In this document: positions 1 to 10,286 of the stretch, piece by piece
How the letters are laid out: each line of letters opens with the position of its first letter
Position numbering within the stretch: position 1 is the first letter of the stretch
Assembly: GCF_006345805.1 (NCBI RefSeq)
Contig: NW_021823951.1
Location: 1 to 20,431 of the forward strand
Direction: 5' to 3'
Length of the DNA: 20,431 nt
From: Octopus sinensis
Lineage: Eukaryota
Notes under the pieces: model-generated
Database searches by the model: none
Told to the model about the DNA's origin: nothing
The model's input: the letters and a program-made list of their open reading frames with translations, nothing else
Program-made: the position numbers and the translations under genes

Positions 1-72
1 TTAAGAAGATTACAATGATAATGATTTTTTAAAAATTCTAATTTTGGCCCTAGGTCATGATTTTTGAAAGGG

Positions 73-272
73 GGGAATCAAGTCGATGGCATTGACTCCA
101 GGACATCACTGATACTCTGTCTTATCGACCCAGAAGGAATTAAATGCAGAATTCACTTCGACGGGATTCGAACTCAAGATATTGAAAAGCGGGACACATA
201 CCGTAAGGCAATCTGTCAACCGCTCTTGTTATCCGGAAAATTTGTCAGTCGATAGTACCAATCCACCGCCCT
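73..272 (-). mobile_element. Degenerate SINE, family A
   Basis: Reverse strand has an AGGGCGG-type head, a B-box-like GAGTTCGAATCCC and a decayed CCTTCTGGGTCGATAAG core resembling the better copies at 2048 and 7838. Confidence 0.6.
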
Positions 273-280
273 TACACTAG

Positions 281-282
281 TA

Positions 283-337
<55 letters not shown>

Positions 338-340
338 GTA

Positions 341-390
<50 letters not shown>
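281..390. repeat. Compound (TAT)n(TAG)n microsatellite
   Basis: Seen directly. Confidence 0.97.
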
Positions 391-391
<1 letters not shown>

Positions 392-595
392 GAATAGTGA
401 TCGTAAAACAGCAACAAGAACAACAACAGCAACAACGAACGACGACATTAAACAAAATCTCCGTATGCTTTAAGCAAGGTATAAAGGATAGACGTTATAG
501 AAGGAGAGATTTAATGCCTCCGTAGCTGATTGCATATAAGTATGAAAGTTTGTAAATGTAAAAGTAAAACGAAGAAGAGAGGGAAATCACACAAA

Positions 596-639
596 TTATA
601 TATATATATATATAGATATACAAAAAAAATATATATATA

Positions 640-686
<47 letters not shown>

Positions 687-1412
687 TATGTAACACTAAA
701 TAAAGAAGTTGACTGTTGTAACTTCATGTTGTATTTGGGCAGAAACGTGACATTGTCATATAAAGAGAGAAGTGAGAAGAAAGAAAATGTCTTGGTGGTG
801 AAGATGGCGGAGATGGTGGTGGTTGAAGGAGAAGGAGGAGGAGGAGGGAGAGGAGGTGTTTCTTGTCACTCGAAACTGTCAGTCTGTTTCATTTGGCGGC
901 TCAAAGTTGACAATGTTCATCTTAAGACGATTTACTTTCATTGAAAAGACTTAAAGCTACATTAATTCTTCAAATACGCGCGCGCGCATACACACGCACA
1001 CACAGAGCCACGCACGTGTACACACACACACACACACACACAACACACACACACACAGTTACATATAGTCACATACAGAAACGTGTGCGCACACCTACAC
1101 ACGCACACACACCCGCGTATTCATACTAACTTACACAAACTCATCTGTTTTTACTAGCATGTGCGCTTTTGTTTATACTTGTATGTATATATATATATGT
1201 TTTTATATATTTATATCTATATATTTATATATGTAAATATATAAATATGCCAATATACTCGAATATATATATATATTATATATATATATATACACAAACG
1301 CTAATATATACTTATTAATATATACTTATATACATATATGCATATATATAAATCTATATCTATCTGTCATCTCTTTCACTCTCTCTCTCTTTCTCTCTCT
1401 CTCTTTGTATAT

Positions 1413-1443
<31 letters not shown>

Positions 1444-1621
1444 CAAATATGTTATATTATTATATACTTATACATTATGTATCATATATATATATTATCT
1501 CTCTATATATATATTTGTTTCGTTAATATATATATATGTGAATATATGTGGTGTATATGTATATATGAATATATATAATGTATATTTATATTACATTATA
1601 TATAACCATATATATATATGT

Positions 1622-1679
<58 letters not shown>

Positions 1680-1712
1680 TATTATATATACATATACATA
1701 TATACGCATATA
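596..1712. repeat. Microsatellite-rich zone: (TA)n 596-689, (CA)n about 980-1128, long imperfect (TA)n with (CT)n about 1180-1712
   Basis: Seen directly; accounts for the YI/HT-rich spurious ORFs. Confidence 0.92.
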
Positions 1713-2047
1713 TAGCTAACGAAACAAATCCTTATACATATGTGCTCAGTCAAAACTCACTGGAAGCGAGTGTTTTCTTTACAAACGAATATTGGAAGTC
1801 TTTGTTAAACGACTACAAAAGTTGTTTAACTTCTTTCGTTATTTCACTTTTGTTGGTTTTATTTGCGCATATAGTCGCGGTTGCGTGTGAGTGTATGTGT
1901 GTGACTGTGGGGATGTGTACTTTGTGATTCGTTGTCCGTATTTACCAGGATACAACAACCACAACACTTTAAGATGAGCAACAACAATAACAACAACAAC
2001 AACGACATGGGGAAGCAAAGTACTGCAAATATGTTAAAGTCTCAAAC

Positions 2048-2260
2048 AAGGCGGCGAGCTGGCAGAAATTCTTAGCAGTATTTCGTCTGTCGTTACGTTC
2101 TGAGTTCAAATTCCGCCGAGGTCGACTTTGCCTTTCATCCACTCGGGGTCGTTAAATAAAGAACCAGTCACGCACTGGGGAAGATGTAATCGACTTAATC
2201 CGTTTGTCTGTCCTTGTTCGTCCTCTCTGTGTGTAGCCCCTTGTGGGTAGTAAAGAAATA
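2048..2260 (+). mobile_element. tRNA-derived SINE, family A monomer (Meta/MESC-like core) with a ~20-bp deletion in the head
   Basis: AAGGCGGCGAGCTGGCAGAAA head, B-box GAGTTCAAATTCC, core GAGGTCGACTTTGCCTTTCATCC..GGGGTCG, tail AATCCGTTTGTCTGTCC...GTAAAGAAATA; homologous to 7838-8072. Confidence 0.88.
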
Positions 2261-2462
2261 TATATTAAAGTCTCACGGTTTAAAGTGAAGCTATTGTCAA
2301 TTTCTAGCAGTACAAAGTTACAATAATAACTGTACCATCCTAAACATCAACAATGATCCACAGCAGTAATAACTAGACCATCACTAACAGCGACAATAAG
2401 AAGACGAACAGAATAAACAAGTAATTTTTTTATTGGTTCTATGTTGATGTATTCCTTCTGGT

Positions 2463-2839
2463 GTAGAGGCGCAATGGCTCAGTGGTTAGGGCAGCGGACT
2501 CGCGGTCGTAGGAACGCAGTTTCGATTCCCAGACCGGGCGTTGCGAGCGTTTACTGAGTGAAAACACTTAAAGCTCCACGAGGCTCCGGCAAGTGGTAGT
2601 AGCGAACCCTGCTGTACACTTTCACACAACTTTCTCTTACTCTTTCTTCCTGTTTCTGTTGTACCGGTATTTCAATTGGCCAGCCTTGTCACACTCTGAG
2701 TCATGCTGAATCTCTCCGAGAGCTACGTTAAGGGCACACGTGTCTGCGGAGTGCTCAGCCACTTGCACGTTAATTTCACGAGGAGGCTGTACATTGATCG
2801 GATCGACTGGATCCCGCATCGACGTAACCGACGGAGTAC
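2463..2839 (+). mobile_element. tRNA-derived SINE, family B (possibly Nin/Deu-domain type)
   Basis: A-box TGGCTCAGTGG at 2475-2485, B-box-like GTTTCGATTCC at 2519-2529, tRNA-like head; colinear over ~375 bp with the inverted copy at 8461-8840. Confidence 0.9.
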
Positions 2840-2854
2840 CCCTTCTATATCTCT

Positions 2855-3195
2855 TCTGGTAGTGGTGGTTGCTGAGGTGGCGGAGACGGTAGTTTTGAAA
2901 GTGGTGGTGTTGGCGTTGGTAGTGGTAGTGCTGCTGGTAGTAGTTTCGGATGCAGTGGGAGTGGTGAAGGTCGTCGTGGTGTTAGCGGTGGTGGTGGTGA
3001 TGGTAGTAGTGTTAGCTGCAGTGGTGGTAGCAGTGTTAGTTGCCATGGTGGTGGTGGTGGTGTTAGTGGTAGTAGAGTTAGTGGTGGTTGTGTTGGCGGT
3101 CGTGGTGGTGGATGAGGTGTTAGCTGCGATGTTGGCAGTGGTGCTGGCGGTGTTGATAGTAGTGGTGGTAGTAGTGGTCGTAGAGGGGATGATGC
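2855..3195. repeat. Imperfect (GTG/GTA)n low-complexity tract
   Basis: Seen directly; produces the poly-Val and poly-Thr ORFs. Confidence 0.9.
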
Positions 3196-3603
3196 TGCTG
3201 GTAGGGGGACGGTGGAAGGGATTTTGTGACGCGTGATCGGTTGTCAACCTTTCTACCATTACAAGACAATGTGATCAACAACAAAAACAAAAATAAAAAT
3301 TTCTAACGAGCAACTCCTTCAAATACCGTTTCGACAAAAACGACAAAAGTTCAAAAGTAACAACAACAACAATGCAATATGATTTAAATATAAAATAAAT
3401 ATAAACTAAACAGACTTGTCTTGTCTTGTCTTGAGTAATGCTTCTTATCGGCTTGTAAGTTCTTCAACATGGGCCGGCAGTCATCTGTCTGCATGGGGAC
3501 GACGATGATGATGATCATAATGAAGTGGAGGAGGAGGAGGGGGAAGTGTGTGAGGAGAAGGATTTAAATAACGAAGACCACGATGATGCTGACTACGAAG
3601 AAG

Positions 3604-3758
3604 ATTATTTTCTACTTTGGGCACAAGGCCCGAACATTCTGCGGAGGGGGCCAGTCGGTTAGATCGAACCCAATACGCAAATGGTACTTAATTTATAGAC
3701 CCCCAAAAGGATGAAAGGCAAAGTCGACCTCGGCGGAATTTGAACTCAGAACGTAAAG
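3604..3758 (-). mobile_element. SINE family A, headless unit with type-2 tail
   Basis: Plus strand reads GGATGAAAGGCAAAGTCGACCTCGGCGGAATTTGAACTCAGAACGT, the reverse complement of the core and B box; tail resembles those at 8190-8245 and 14500-14552. Confidence 0.85.
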
Positions 3759-4908
3759 AGATTATGATGACGATGGCGGCGGTAGTGGTTATGGTGGTGG
3801 TGGTGATAGTGGCGATAATCTCTCTCTATATAAACGGCAGTTTGTCTGTGCGTGTTTCTGTGTGTCTGTTTCTTGTACCCTCACTCTGACCACGGCTTTC
3901 AACCGATTCTGATGAAACTTGACACACACAGCCCAATGTCATAATTCAAAACTAACGCAGCGAAAATTTTGAAAAGTTCCCCCAGTTCTGAAAAAAATTG
4001 ATAAATTCGACATGGGGTCGAGAATCAGAAACACGAACCACAGACTGTCTAGGGGACGCAACTCGAGAATCTAAGCTTTTTTTATGCAACGCATTATCTA
4101 TGGTAGTTTTCACAACTTGCAATCGATTTTCACCAAACTCATGGTGAAGCTTAATGTTACCCTAAGAAACTCAATTCTGACGTTAGTTTTCCATGCAATA
4201 CCTTACCATCAGAAACAATCGATAAAATCATGCCATTTTGGGAAATCGCGTTCAAATTCAAGATGACAGATTTTCGACAATATCTTTCACAAATTGGCAG
4301 GAATTTTTTTTTTCTTTCACAACGAGCATCATGTCTGCTCCAAGGAGCTATATAGCCCTTTTTATTCCAATAGGATACATTATTGGAAAAAATCGGTTAA
4401 TTAAATCATATGTGGCACACATAGCAAACAAATTTGTGTATTAAACACAAACAAGACTGTCTAGGGGACGCAACTTGACCTTTTTAGCTATCGATAATTC
4501 GATCCAACCAATTTCTACCAGGAAGAAATTACATTCGAGACTTTACCCCCAACACCGCCACTTCTGCTAATAGCCGCTGCAGCCGCAAGTTATTCGAATA
4601 CTTTTTTGGTTTACACTTTCTTTATAACTACCGCCCCAAACGTTTTACCTTCAATTTTTGACGTACCCTAACGGTCCTCGGACGCTACTTGCAAACTCTT
4701 GGTTTATTATAAACCACTTTTGTCGTGTGCACCAAAAAAAATTTTCCTTTCGTTTGTTCGGTTTGATCACTTTTGACTTTTTCGTTGTTGTCACTCACAT
4801 TGCTGCCCGCTTTTTGGCCGTTTTTGTACATTTTTATACATTTTCGGATACTTACCCCACGAGCTCCTTTTTATTACACCTTTACCAAACACATTGCTAT
4901 CCACCAAA

Positions 4909-5139
4909 ATGCCACCCAAGAAGAGAAGGACCCTACTCAGCCCTCGGACAGCAAAGGCATCGGCTGCTAGGGCTAGAAGGGGACGCGAGACCCACGAGGA
5001 AACCGCCTTGCGCCTCTCGCAAACAGCTTCCCGTTATGCCGCTGCTCAGGCATCTGAAACTACTAGCGACCGTTCTACCCGACTTGCAAGGGTCGCAGCG
5101 TACAGATCTTCCCACGGCTGCTTCCAGACCAGCGCATAG
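4909..5139 (+). pseudogene. Helitron RepHel N-terminal stub (MPPKKRRTLLSPRTAKASAARARRGRETHEE...)
   Basis: ATG at 4909 in CAAAATG context. Basic MPPKKRR start and R/E/A-rich helical region are typical of animal RepHel N-termini. Reads into another frame of the helicase region and stops at 5137-5139. Confidence 0.65.
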
Positions 5140-6485
5140 CCTACAACACCATCGTAGACTCTGTCAGACAGCAACGTGGGGGGATTTTCTTCCTTGATGC
5201 ACCCGGCGGCACTGGCAAAACCTTCGTCACTAAACTAATTCTGGCGGAGGTCAGACGCAACACGGACATTGCCCTGGCTGTAGCTTCCTCTGGTATCGCG
5301 GCCACGTTGCTTCCGGGTGGCAGAACCGCCCACTCTGCCTTCAGACTCACACTCGATCTGGCAAAGTCCGAGTCACCTATCTGCAACATCGCCAAGAGCT
5401 CAGAACAGGCCGACATTCTGCGCAGATGCAAACTCATCGTATGGGACGAGTGCACTATGGCACACAAAGGCGCCCTTGAGGCCCTGGACAGGTCCCTGCA
5501 ACACATCAGAGACTCTACGGCCCCCATGGGAGGATTAACTTTACTTCTTTCAGGAGACTTCAGGCAGACTCTACCTGTTATTCCAAAAGGAACCTGTGCC
5601 GATGCCGTGCGTGCGTGCCTTAAGTCGTCAGCTCTTTGGGCACATGTGCAGCCCTTGCACCTCCAAACTAACATGCGCGCGCAGTTAATTGGTGACAGCG
5701 GATCCGCTGCATTCTCCAGCGACCTCTTATCGCTCGGTGAAAATAGGATGCTGTCTGATGCGGATGGCTACGTTCAATTGGACTCACTTTGCACCATTGT
5801 CGACACCCCTGCTAGCCTCCGGGACGCTGTCTTCCACGACCTACAAAACAATTTACGCGACCTAAAATGGCTGGCAGGCAGAGCTATTCTCGCACCCAAA
5901 AATACAACCGTCAACTCCATCAATATCCAGCTACTTGAAGCTATTCCTGGTGATGTCCACGTCTACAAATCTATAGATAGGACAGCAGACCCCGCCCACC
6001 TTGCCGATTATCCTGTTGAATTCCTGAATTCACTTGAACCGCCAGGCCTGCCGCCACACATCCTGAAGTTAAAAGTCAGTGCGCCCATTATGCTCATCAG
6101 GAATTTGGTTCCACCTAAACAGTGCAACGACACACGTTTGGTTGTGAAACATTTGGCGCCACATTTAATAACGGCCACAATACTTACCGGTTGTGGGAAG
6201 GGAGAGGACGTCTTCATTCCAAGGATGCACCTTCAACCGTCGGGCGCTGACCTACCAATCCACTTCAGGCGTTCTCAGTTTCCTGTTAAACTCTGCTTCG
6301 CAATGTCCATCAATAAATCCCAAGGCCAAACGCTACAAGTCGCTGGGTTACATTTGGGCGAACAGTGCTTCGCCCACGGTCAACTCTACTTGGGCTGTTC
6401 ACGCGTTGGGAGGCGCAATGATGTTTTCATGTTTTCGCCCTAACGGACAGCTAGGAACATCGTATATACAGAAGTATTCCAGTGA
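5112..6485 (+). pseudogene. Helitron PIF1-family SF1B helicase domain
   Basis: Extending the 5307 frame upstream gives PRLLPDQRIAYNTIVDSVRQQRGGIFFLDAPGGTGKTF (Walker A about 5190-5225), then VASSGIAATLLPGGRTAHS, IVWDECTM, GDFRQTLPV, ILAPKN, MSINKSQGQTL and GQLYLGCSRV. TAA at 6441-6443 is followed in frame by RTARNIVYTEVFQ* ending at 6485. Confidence 0.93.
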
Positions 6486-6624
6486 AGACAAGACATTGCA
6501 ACGTCCACATGCACCTTTGTTCCCTGGAGGGAAAGGACTACATTGGGATTAGTCATTGCCTACTAGGGGCTCTTACATACCCGGGCAACGCCGGGCTATG
6601 CTGCTAGTCATGAATATAGTTATG

Positions 6625-6730
6625 CTGCATTCGATGATGATGATGATGAAGATGATGATGATGATGACGACGAGGATGACGATGATGACGATGATGGTGA
6701 TGATGATGATACTGATGATGACGACGATGG
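6625..6730. repeat. (GAT)n microsatellite
   Basis: Seen directly. Confidence 0.95.
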
Positions 6731-7094
6731 AGCCGAGGGTAACATTGATCACGACCATAGTGCTGATCTTTACCTCGAGAGGAGAAAGACAATGAGGACG
6801 GAAATATGAATGTGTTATGCGACATCGGAGAAAAATGCGGAAACGGTAAATGGAAAGACAAACTAAATGATTACCCCCAAGAGTGGGTTTCCATAACAGC
6901 AAAAAAAGAAACTGTTTAACACTGCTGTAACCGGTGGTTAAATGTTTATATAGAACATATGCGTATATTATGCACACATTCAGAAAAAGCAGTTCACACA
7001 TAAGATAGCCTACTCTCTGCGTGCAAGTATCTATCTATCTATCATCAATCTATCTACGCATCAATCTATTTATCTGTCTGTCTGTCTATATATG

Positions 7095-7126
7095 TATTAG
7101 ATTGGCAACTAAGTTCCCACGGTTTT
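7095..7126 (+). mobile_element. Solo mariner-like terminal inverted repeat
   Basis: TA-TTAGATTGGCAACTAAGTTCCCACGGTTTT resembles mariner ends of the TTGGGTTGGCAACTAAGT type. No partner TIR or transposase was seen. Confidence 0.45.
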
Positions 7127-7459
7127 TCTTAATTCTTGTGGGTATGTGGAAGTATATTTCTCGGCATTTCTTTTTATTTCGATTATAAATATTCGGTAAC
7201 TTTGTTGAATAAGCGAATTGAAATCTTTGTTTGGAAATCGTCGTGTGAAGAAACATTATTGCCAAGATAAGATAGCAAGTTAACGTCCAATTACAAATGA
7301 TTATTCCTGCACATAAATAGTTATTACATATGAGGAAGTCATTAATATCATTAAACACATGTTCAGAAAAGTACACATTTGAGATATTTTAGTGATAAAT
7401 AAATGTCACACAGAATCATGCTCACGAGCCATTTAGAATATTACACAGTATATGCTAAT

Positions 7460-7800
7460 GTAGTGAAGGCGCATGGCTCAGTTGTTAGAGCTTCGAGCTT
7501 ACGATCGTGAGGTCGTGAGTTCGAATCCCGGACCGGGCTGTGTGTTGTGATCTTGAGCAAGATACTTTATTTCACTTTGCTCCAGTTCACTCAGCTGTAG
7601 AAATGAGTTGTGACGTCACAGGTACCAAGCTTAATCGGCCCCTTTGCCCTTCCCTTGGATAAAAACAGTTCCGTGGAGATGGGAGACCGGTATGCATAGG
7701 CGACTGCTGGTCTTCTATAAACAGCCTTGCCCGGACTTGTGCCTCGGAGGGTAACTTTCTAGGTGCAATCCCATGGTGAGACATGACGGAAGGGGGTCTC
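7460..7800 (+). mobile_element. tRNA-derived SINE, family C (CORE-like central domain)
   Basis: A-box TGGCTCAGTTG at 7474-7484, B-box GAGTTCGAATCCC at 7517-7529, then GTTGTGATCTTGAGCAAGATACTT...CACTCAGCTGTAGAAATGAG, which resembles the CORE domain. Confidence 0.8.
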
Positions 7801-7837
7801 AACGGTCTCAGCATGCTAATCTATAGTCAGTAGTTGT

Positions 7838-8425
7838 AAGGCGGCGAGCTGGCAGAAACGTTAGCACGCCGGGCGAAATGCGTAGCTGTATTTCGTCTGC
7901 CGTTATGTTCTGAGTTCAAATTCCGTCGAGGTCAACTTTGCCTTTCATCCTTTCGGGGTCGATAAACTAAGTACCAGTTACGCACTGGGGTAGATATAAT
8001 CGACTTAATCCGTTTGTCTGTCCTTGTTTGTCCTCTCTCTGTTTAGCCCCTTGTGGATAGTAAATAAATAGGTATTTCAGCTGTTTTTACGTTCTGAGTT
8101 CAAATTCCGAAGAGGTCAACTGTGCCTTTCATACTTTCGGGTCGATAAATTAAAGACCATTTGCGTACTGGGGTAGATCTAATCGACTGGCCACCGCTTC
8201 CCAGAAACTTCGGGCCTTGAACCTAGAGTAGAAAAAAAAAGAATCGTTTGCACGCAGTAGTTCGTCCGTCTTCATGTTCTGGGTTCAAATTCTGCAGAGG
8301 TCGACTCAGCCTTTCATAATTTCAGAATCGTTAAAATAACTACCTATTTAATACTGGGGTTGATGTAATCGGTTCAGCTTCTTCCCTGAAATTATTAGTC
8401 TTGTGCCAAAATTTGAAGCGAATAT
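7838..8425 (+). mobile_element. SINE family A trimer (7838-8072, 8073-8245, 8246-8425)
   Basis: Three successive B-box plus core units. Only the first has the full head; the tails differ and decay increases rightward. Confidence 0.87.
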
Positions 8426-8460
8426 TTAATTATTTCAGAATTCTAACAACTAATACAGAG

Positions 8461-8840
8461 AAGCACTCCCTCGGTTACGACGACGAGGGTTCCGGTTGAT
8501 CCGATCAACGGAACAGCCTGCTCGTGAAATTAACGTGTAAGTGGCTGAGCACTCCACAGACACGTGTACCCTTAACGTAGTTCTCGGGGATATTCAGCGT
8601 GACACAGAGAGTGACAAGGCCGGCCCTTTGAAATACAGGTACAACAGAAACAGGAAGTAAGAGTGAGAGAAAGTTGTGGTGAAAGAGTACAGCAGAGATC
8701 ACCACCATCCCCTGCCGGAGCCTCGTGGAGCTTTAGGTGTTTTCGCTCAATAAACACTCACAACGCCCGGTCTGGGAATCGAAACCGCGATCCTACGACC
8801 GCGAGTCCGCTGCCCTAACCACTGGGCCATTTCGCCTCAC
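8461..8840 (-). mobile_element. SINE family B, full length
   Basis: Reverse-complement homolog of 2463-2839, roughly 85% identical by eye; A and B boxes intact. Confidence 0.9.
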
Positions 8841-9358
8841 TAACAACTAATAGCCATCTTGTGAAGAAATCGAGGTCCATGCAACTGTATTCATTCGTTT
8901 CTCTTTTATACGCCCTTGTATGTAAATAAATGCGTGTGATTCATTCTTGATAAATTATAAACCCTAATTTTCCCCAATACAAGATATTTCAACGGTTCAT
9001 GAATCTCCGTAAGAAACGACTTGAATATAGTCAGACTCATGCTTTTCTTCTGAGAGTAGCTAAGAAAGGGATGTCAATTAAGTGAATTCTGCTTTTGAAA
9101 TCTTAAGCTATTCACACCATAGAGGAAGCCTATACTTTCAATTTGAACTTGTTAAAAACAGTTGAAAATTTTCTTCGAAATTAATCTCAAAGAACGTAAC
9201 GTATCAAATTTGAAAATAAAATTAGTTGGGTTGTTCACGAATAAAATGCATTTCCCTGTCAACCTGCCCAATGAAGACTACTTGGAGCGAAATCCAACAA
9301 TAATTACAAATCCGAAATTATCTTGCAATATTGACCAATTAAGGTAATTTCACACATA

Positions 9359-9420
<62 letters not shown>

Positions 9421-9421
<1 letters not shown>

Positions 9422-9629
9422 CGGGAAGCTTTATGAAAATAGACAAAAGACGAAGGCAGGTGGAAAACAAACAAACAATTGTATTAGTATGGCGCTCAGG
9501 AAATATAAATAAAACAAGTCTTTAACGTTTCGAGCCTACGCTCTTCAACAGAAAGATACACAGAGAGAAAAAAAACACAGAAAGAAGGAGAGAAAAAATG
9601 CGTGCAGTAACTAACGAATCAACATGGCG
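9421..9629 (-). mobile_element. Probable Penelope-like retroelement terminal (pLTR) fragment abutting a (TA)n tract
   Basis: Carries a minimal hammerhead-like motif; its end is repeated at 16001-16064 and also abuts TA repeats there. Assignment is inferred from the motif, with no RT or GIY-YIG coding sequence visible. Confidence 0.55.
9519..9556 (-). ncRNA. Minimal type I hammerhead ribozyme-like motif (variant core)
   Basis: Minus strand: TCTTT-CTGTTGA-A-GAGC-GTAG-GCTC-GAAAC-GTT-AAAGA, giving a 5-bp helix I, a 4-bp helix II and palindromic AACGTT for helix III. The core is CUGUUGA instead of CUGANGA. Confidence 0.55.
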
Positions 9630-9714
9630 ATATATAAATAGATGAGTGTATTTTTACCTTGTTAACAATTAACACGGAAAAATAACTACATTTTTTATTC
9701 ATATATATATATAT

Positions 9715-9890
9715 ATATTGTTATATTTCGGAATGGTCATATTGCCAGTTTAGCCAATAAAAACACACGCACTATATATTTGGTGTTATTTTGCTTCAGT
9801 GATATTTATTTTTTACATTAATCTTAATCTTATTTCGTGTGTTTTTATTGGCTAAACTGGCAATATGACCATTCCGAAATATAACAATAT
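9715..9890. repeat. Perfect 55-bp inverted repeat with 66-bp spacer
   Basis: 9715-9769 is the exact reverse complement of 9836-9890, checked base by base. Confidence 0.95.
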
Positions 9891-9943
9891 CTGTTTCAAC
9901 ACACGACTTCACATAAAAAATCTTGCACAACAAATATTTAAAC

Positions 9944-9988
<45 letters not shown>

Positions 9989-10286
9989 ATATACAACGTT
10001 ATCTCGTAGGCACTTTAAATTTCTTCTAAAACATTTTATTACATTTAACTTTCTATCTTACAAACTGAAAAGGGAGCTGGAGAAAATTAACTAAATTAGC
10101 ATAGAATAAGGGTTTCATATTATTTTTATTATTAAGATCTAAAATGTTAACATACGAAAGCGAAAGACATAGTTTAATAACTGTAAACCTACTTTTGGGC
10201 CTATATATTAATTTATATTTATGATATACCAGGTTTATCAGTAAGAAATGCAATGCCCATAAACTTTCTCGGGGTTTCCGATAACA

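Larger units (their letters stand above)
3819..6607 (+). mobile_element. Helitron, internally deleted derivative with both termini intact (2789 bp)
   Basis: 5' TC start (TCTCTCTCTATATAAACGGCAG) follows A3818. The 3' hairpin CCCGG-GCAACG-CCGGG (6580-6595) is followed 8 nt later by CTAG (6604-6607), then T6608: an A|T target with no TSD. Encodes RepHel remnants. Confidence 0.92.

Noticed and set aside
2463-2535. tRNA genes here and at 7465-7535 and 8765-8840
   Set aside because: The heads continue into SINE bodies and lack a proper acceptor stem and terminator.
216-3259. ORFs rich in poly-Ile/Thr/Val/Tyr-Ile/His-Thr (e.g. 2703-3236, 2723-3259)
   Set aside because: Translations of microsatellites and SINE sequence; a mucin-like appearance is an artefact.
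3908-3920. CTGATGAAAC as a hammerhead core
   Set aside because: No helix II between CTGATGA and GAAA; it lies in the CCGATT..ATGAAACTT motif common in Helitron 5' arms.
4658-5674. Overlapping ORFs 4658-5197, 4933-5115 and 5141-5674
   Set aside because: Alternative frames or antisense of the GC-rich Helitron coding region with no recognisable motifs.
5307-6443. Host PIF1 gene
   Set aside because: Intronless, enclosed by Helitron termini, with RepHel-type motifs and C-terminus.
6608-6810. Acidic poly-Asp or poly-His coding exon
   Set aside because: Explained by the (GAT)n tract the Helitron inserted beside; no splice support.
8895-8920. Mariner-like right end (TATACGCCCTTGTA)
   Set aside because: Too short and no partner end.
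9250-9350. Possible exon ending at AAG|GTAATT (about 9344)
   Set aside because: No convincing acceptor and no recognisable peptide.
9880-9925. Hammerhead in the flank of the 55-bp inverted repeat (minus strand GAAACAGATATTGTT)
   Set aside because: The upstream core reads TATGTGA rather than CUGANGA, with no credible helix II.
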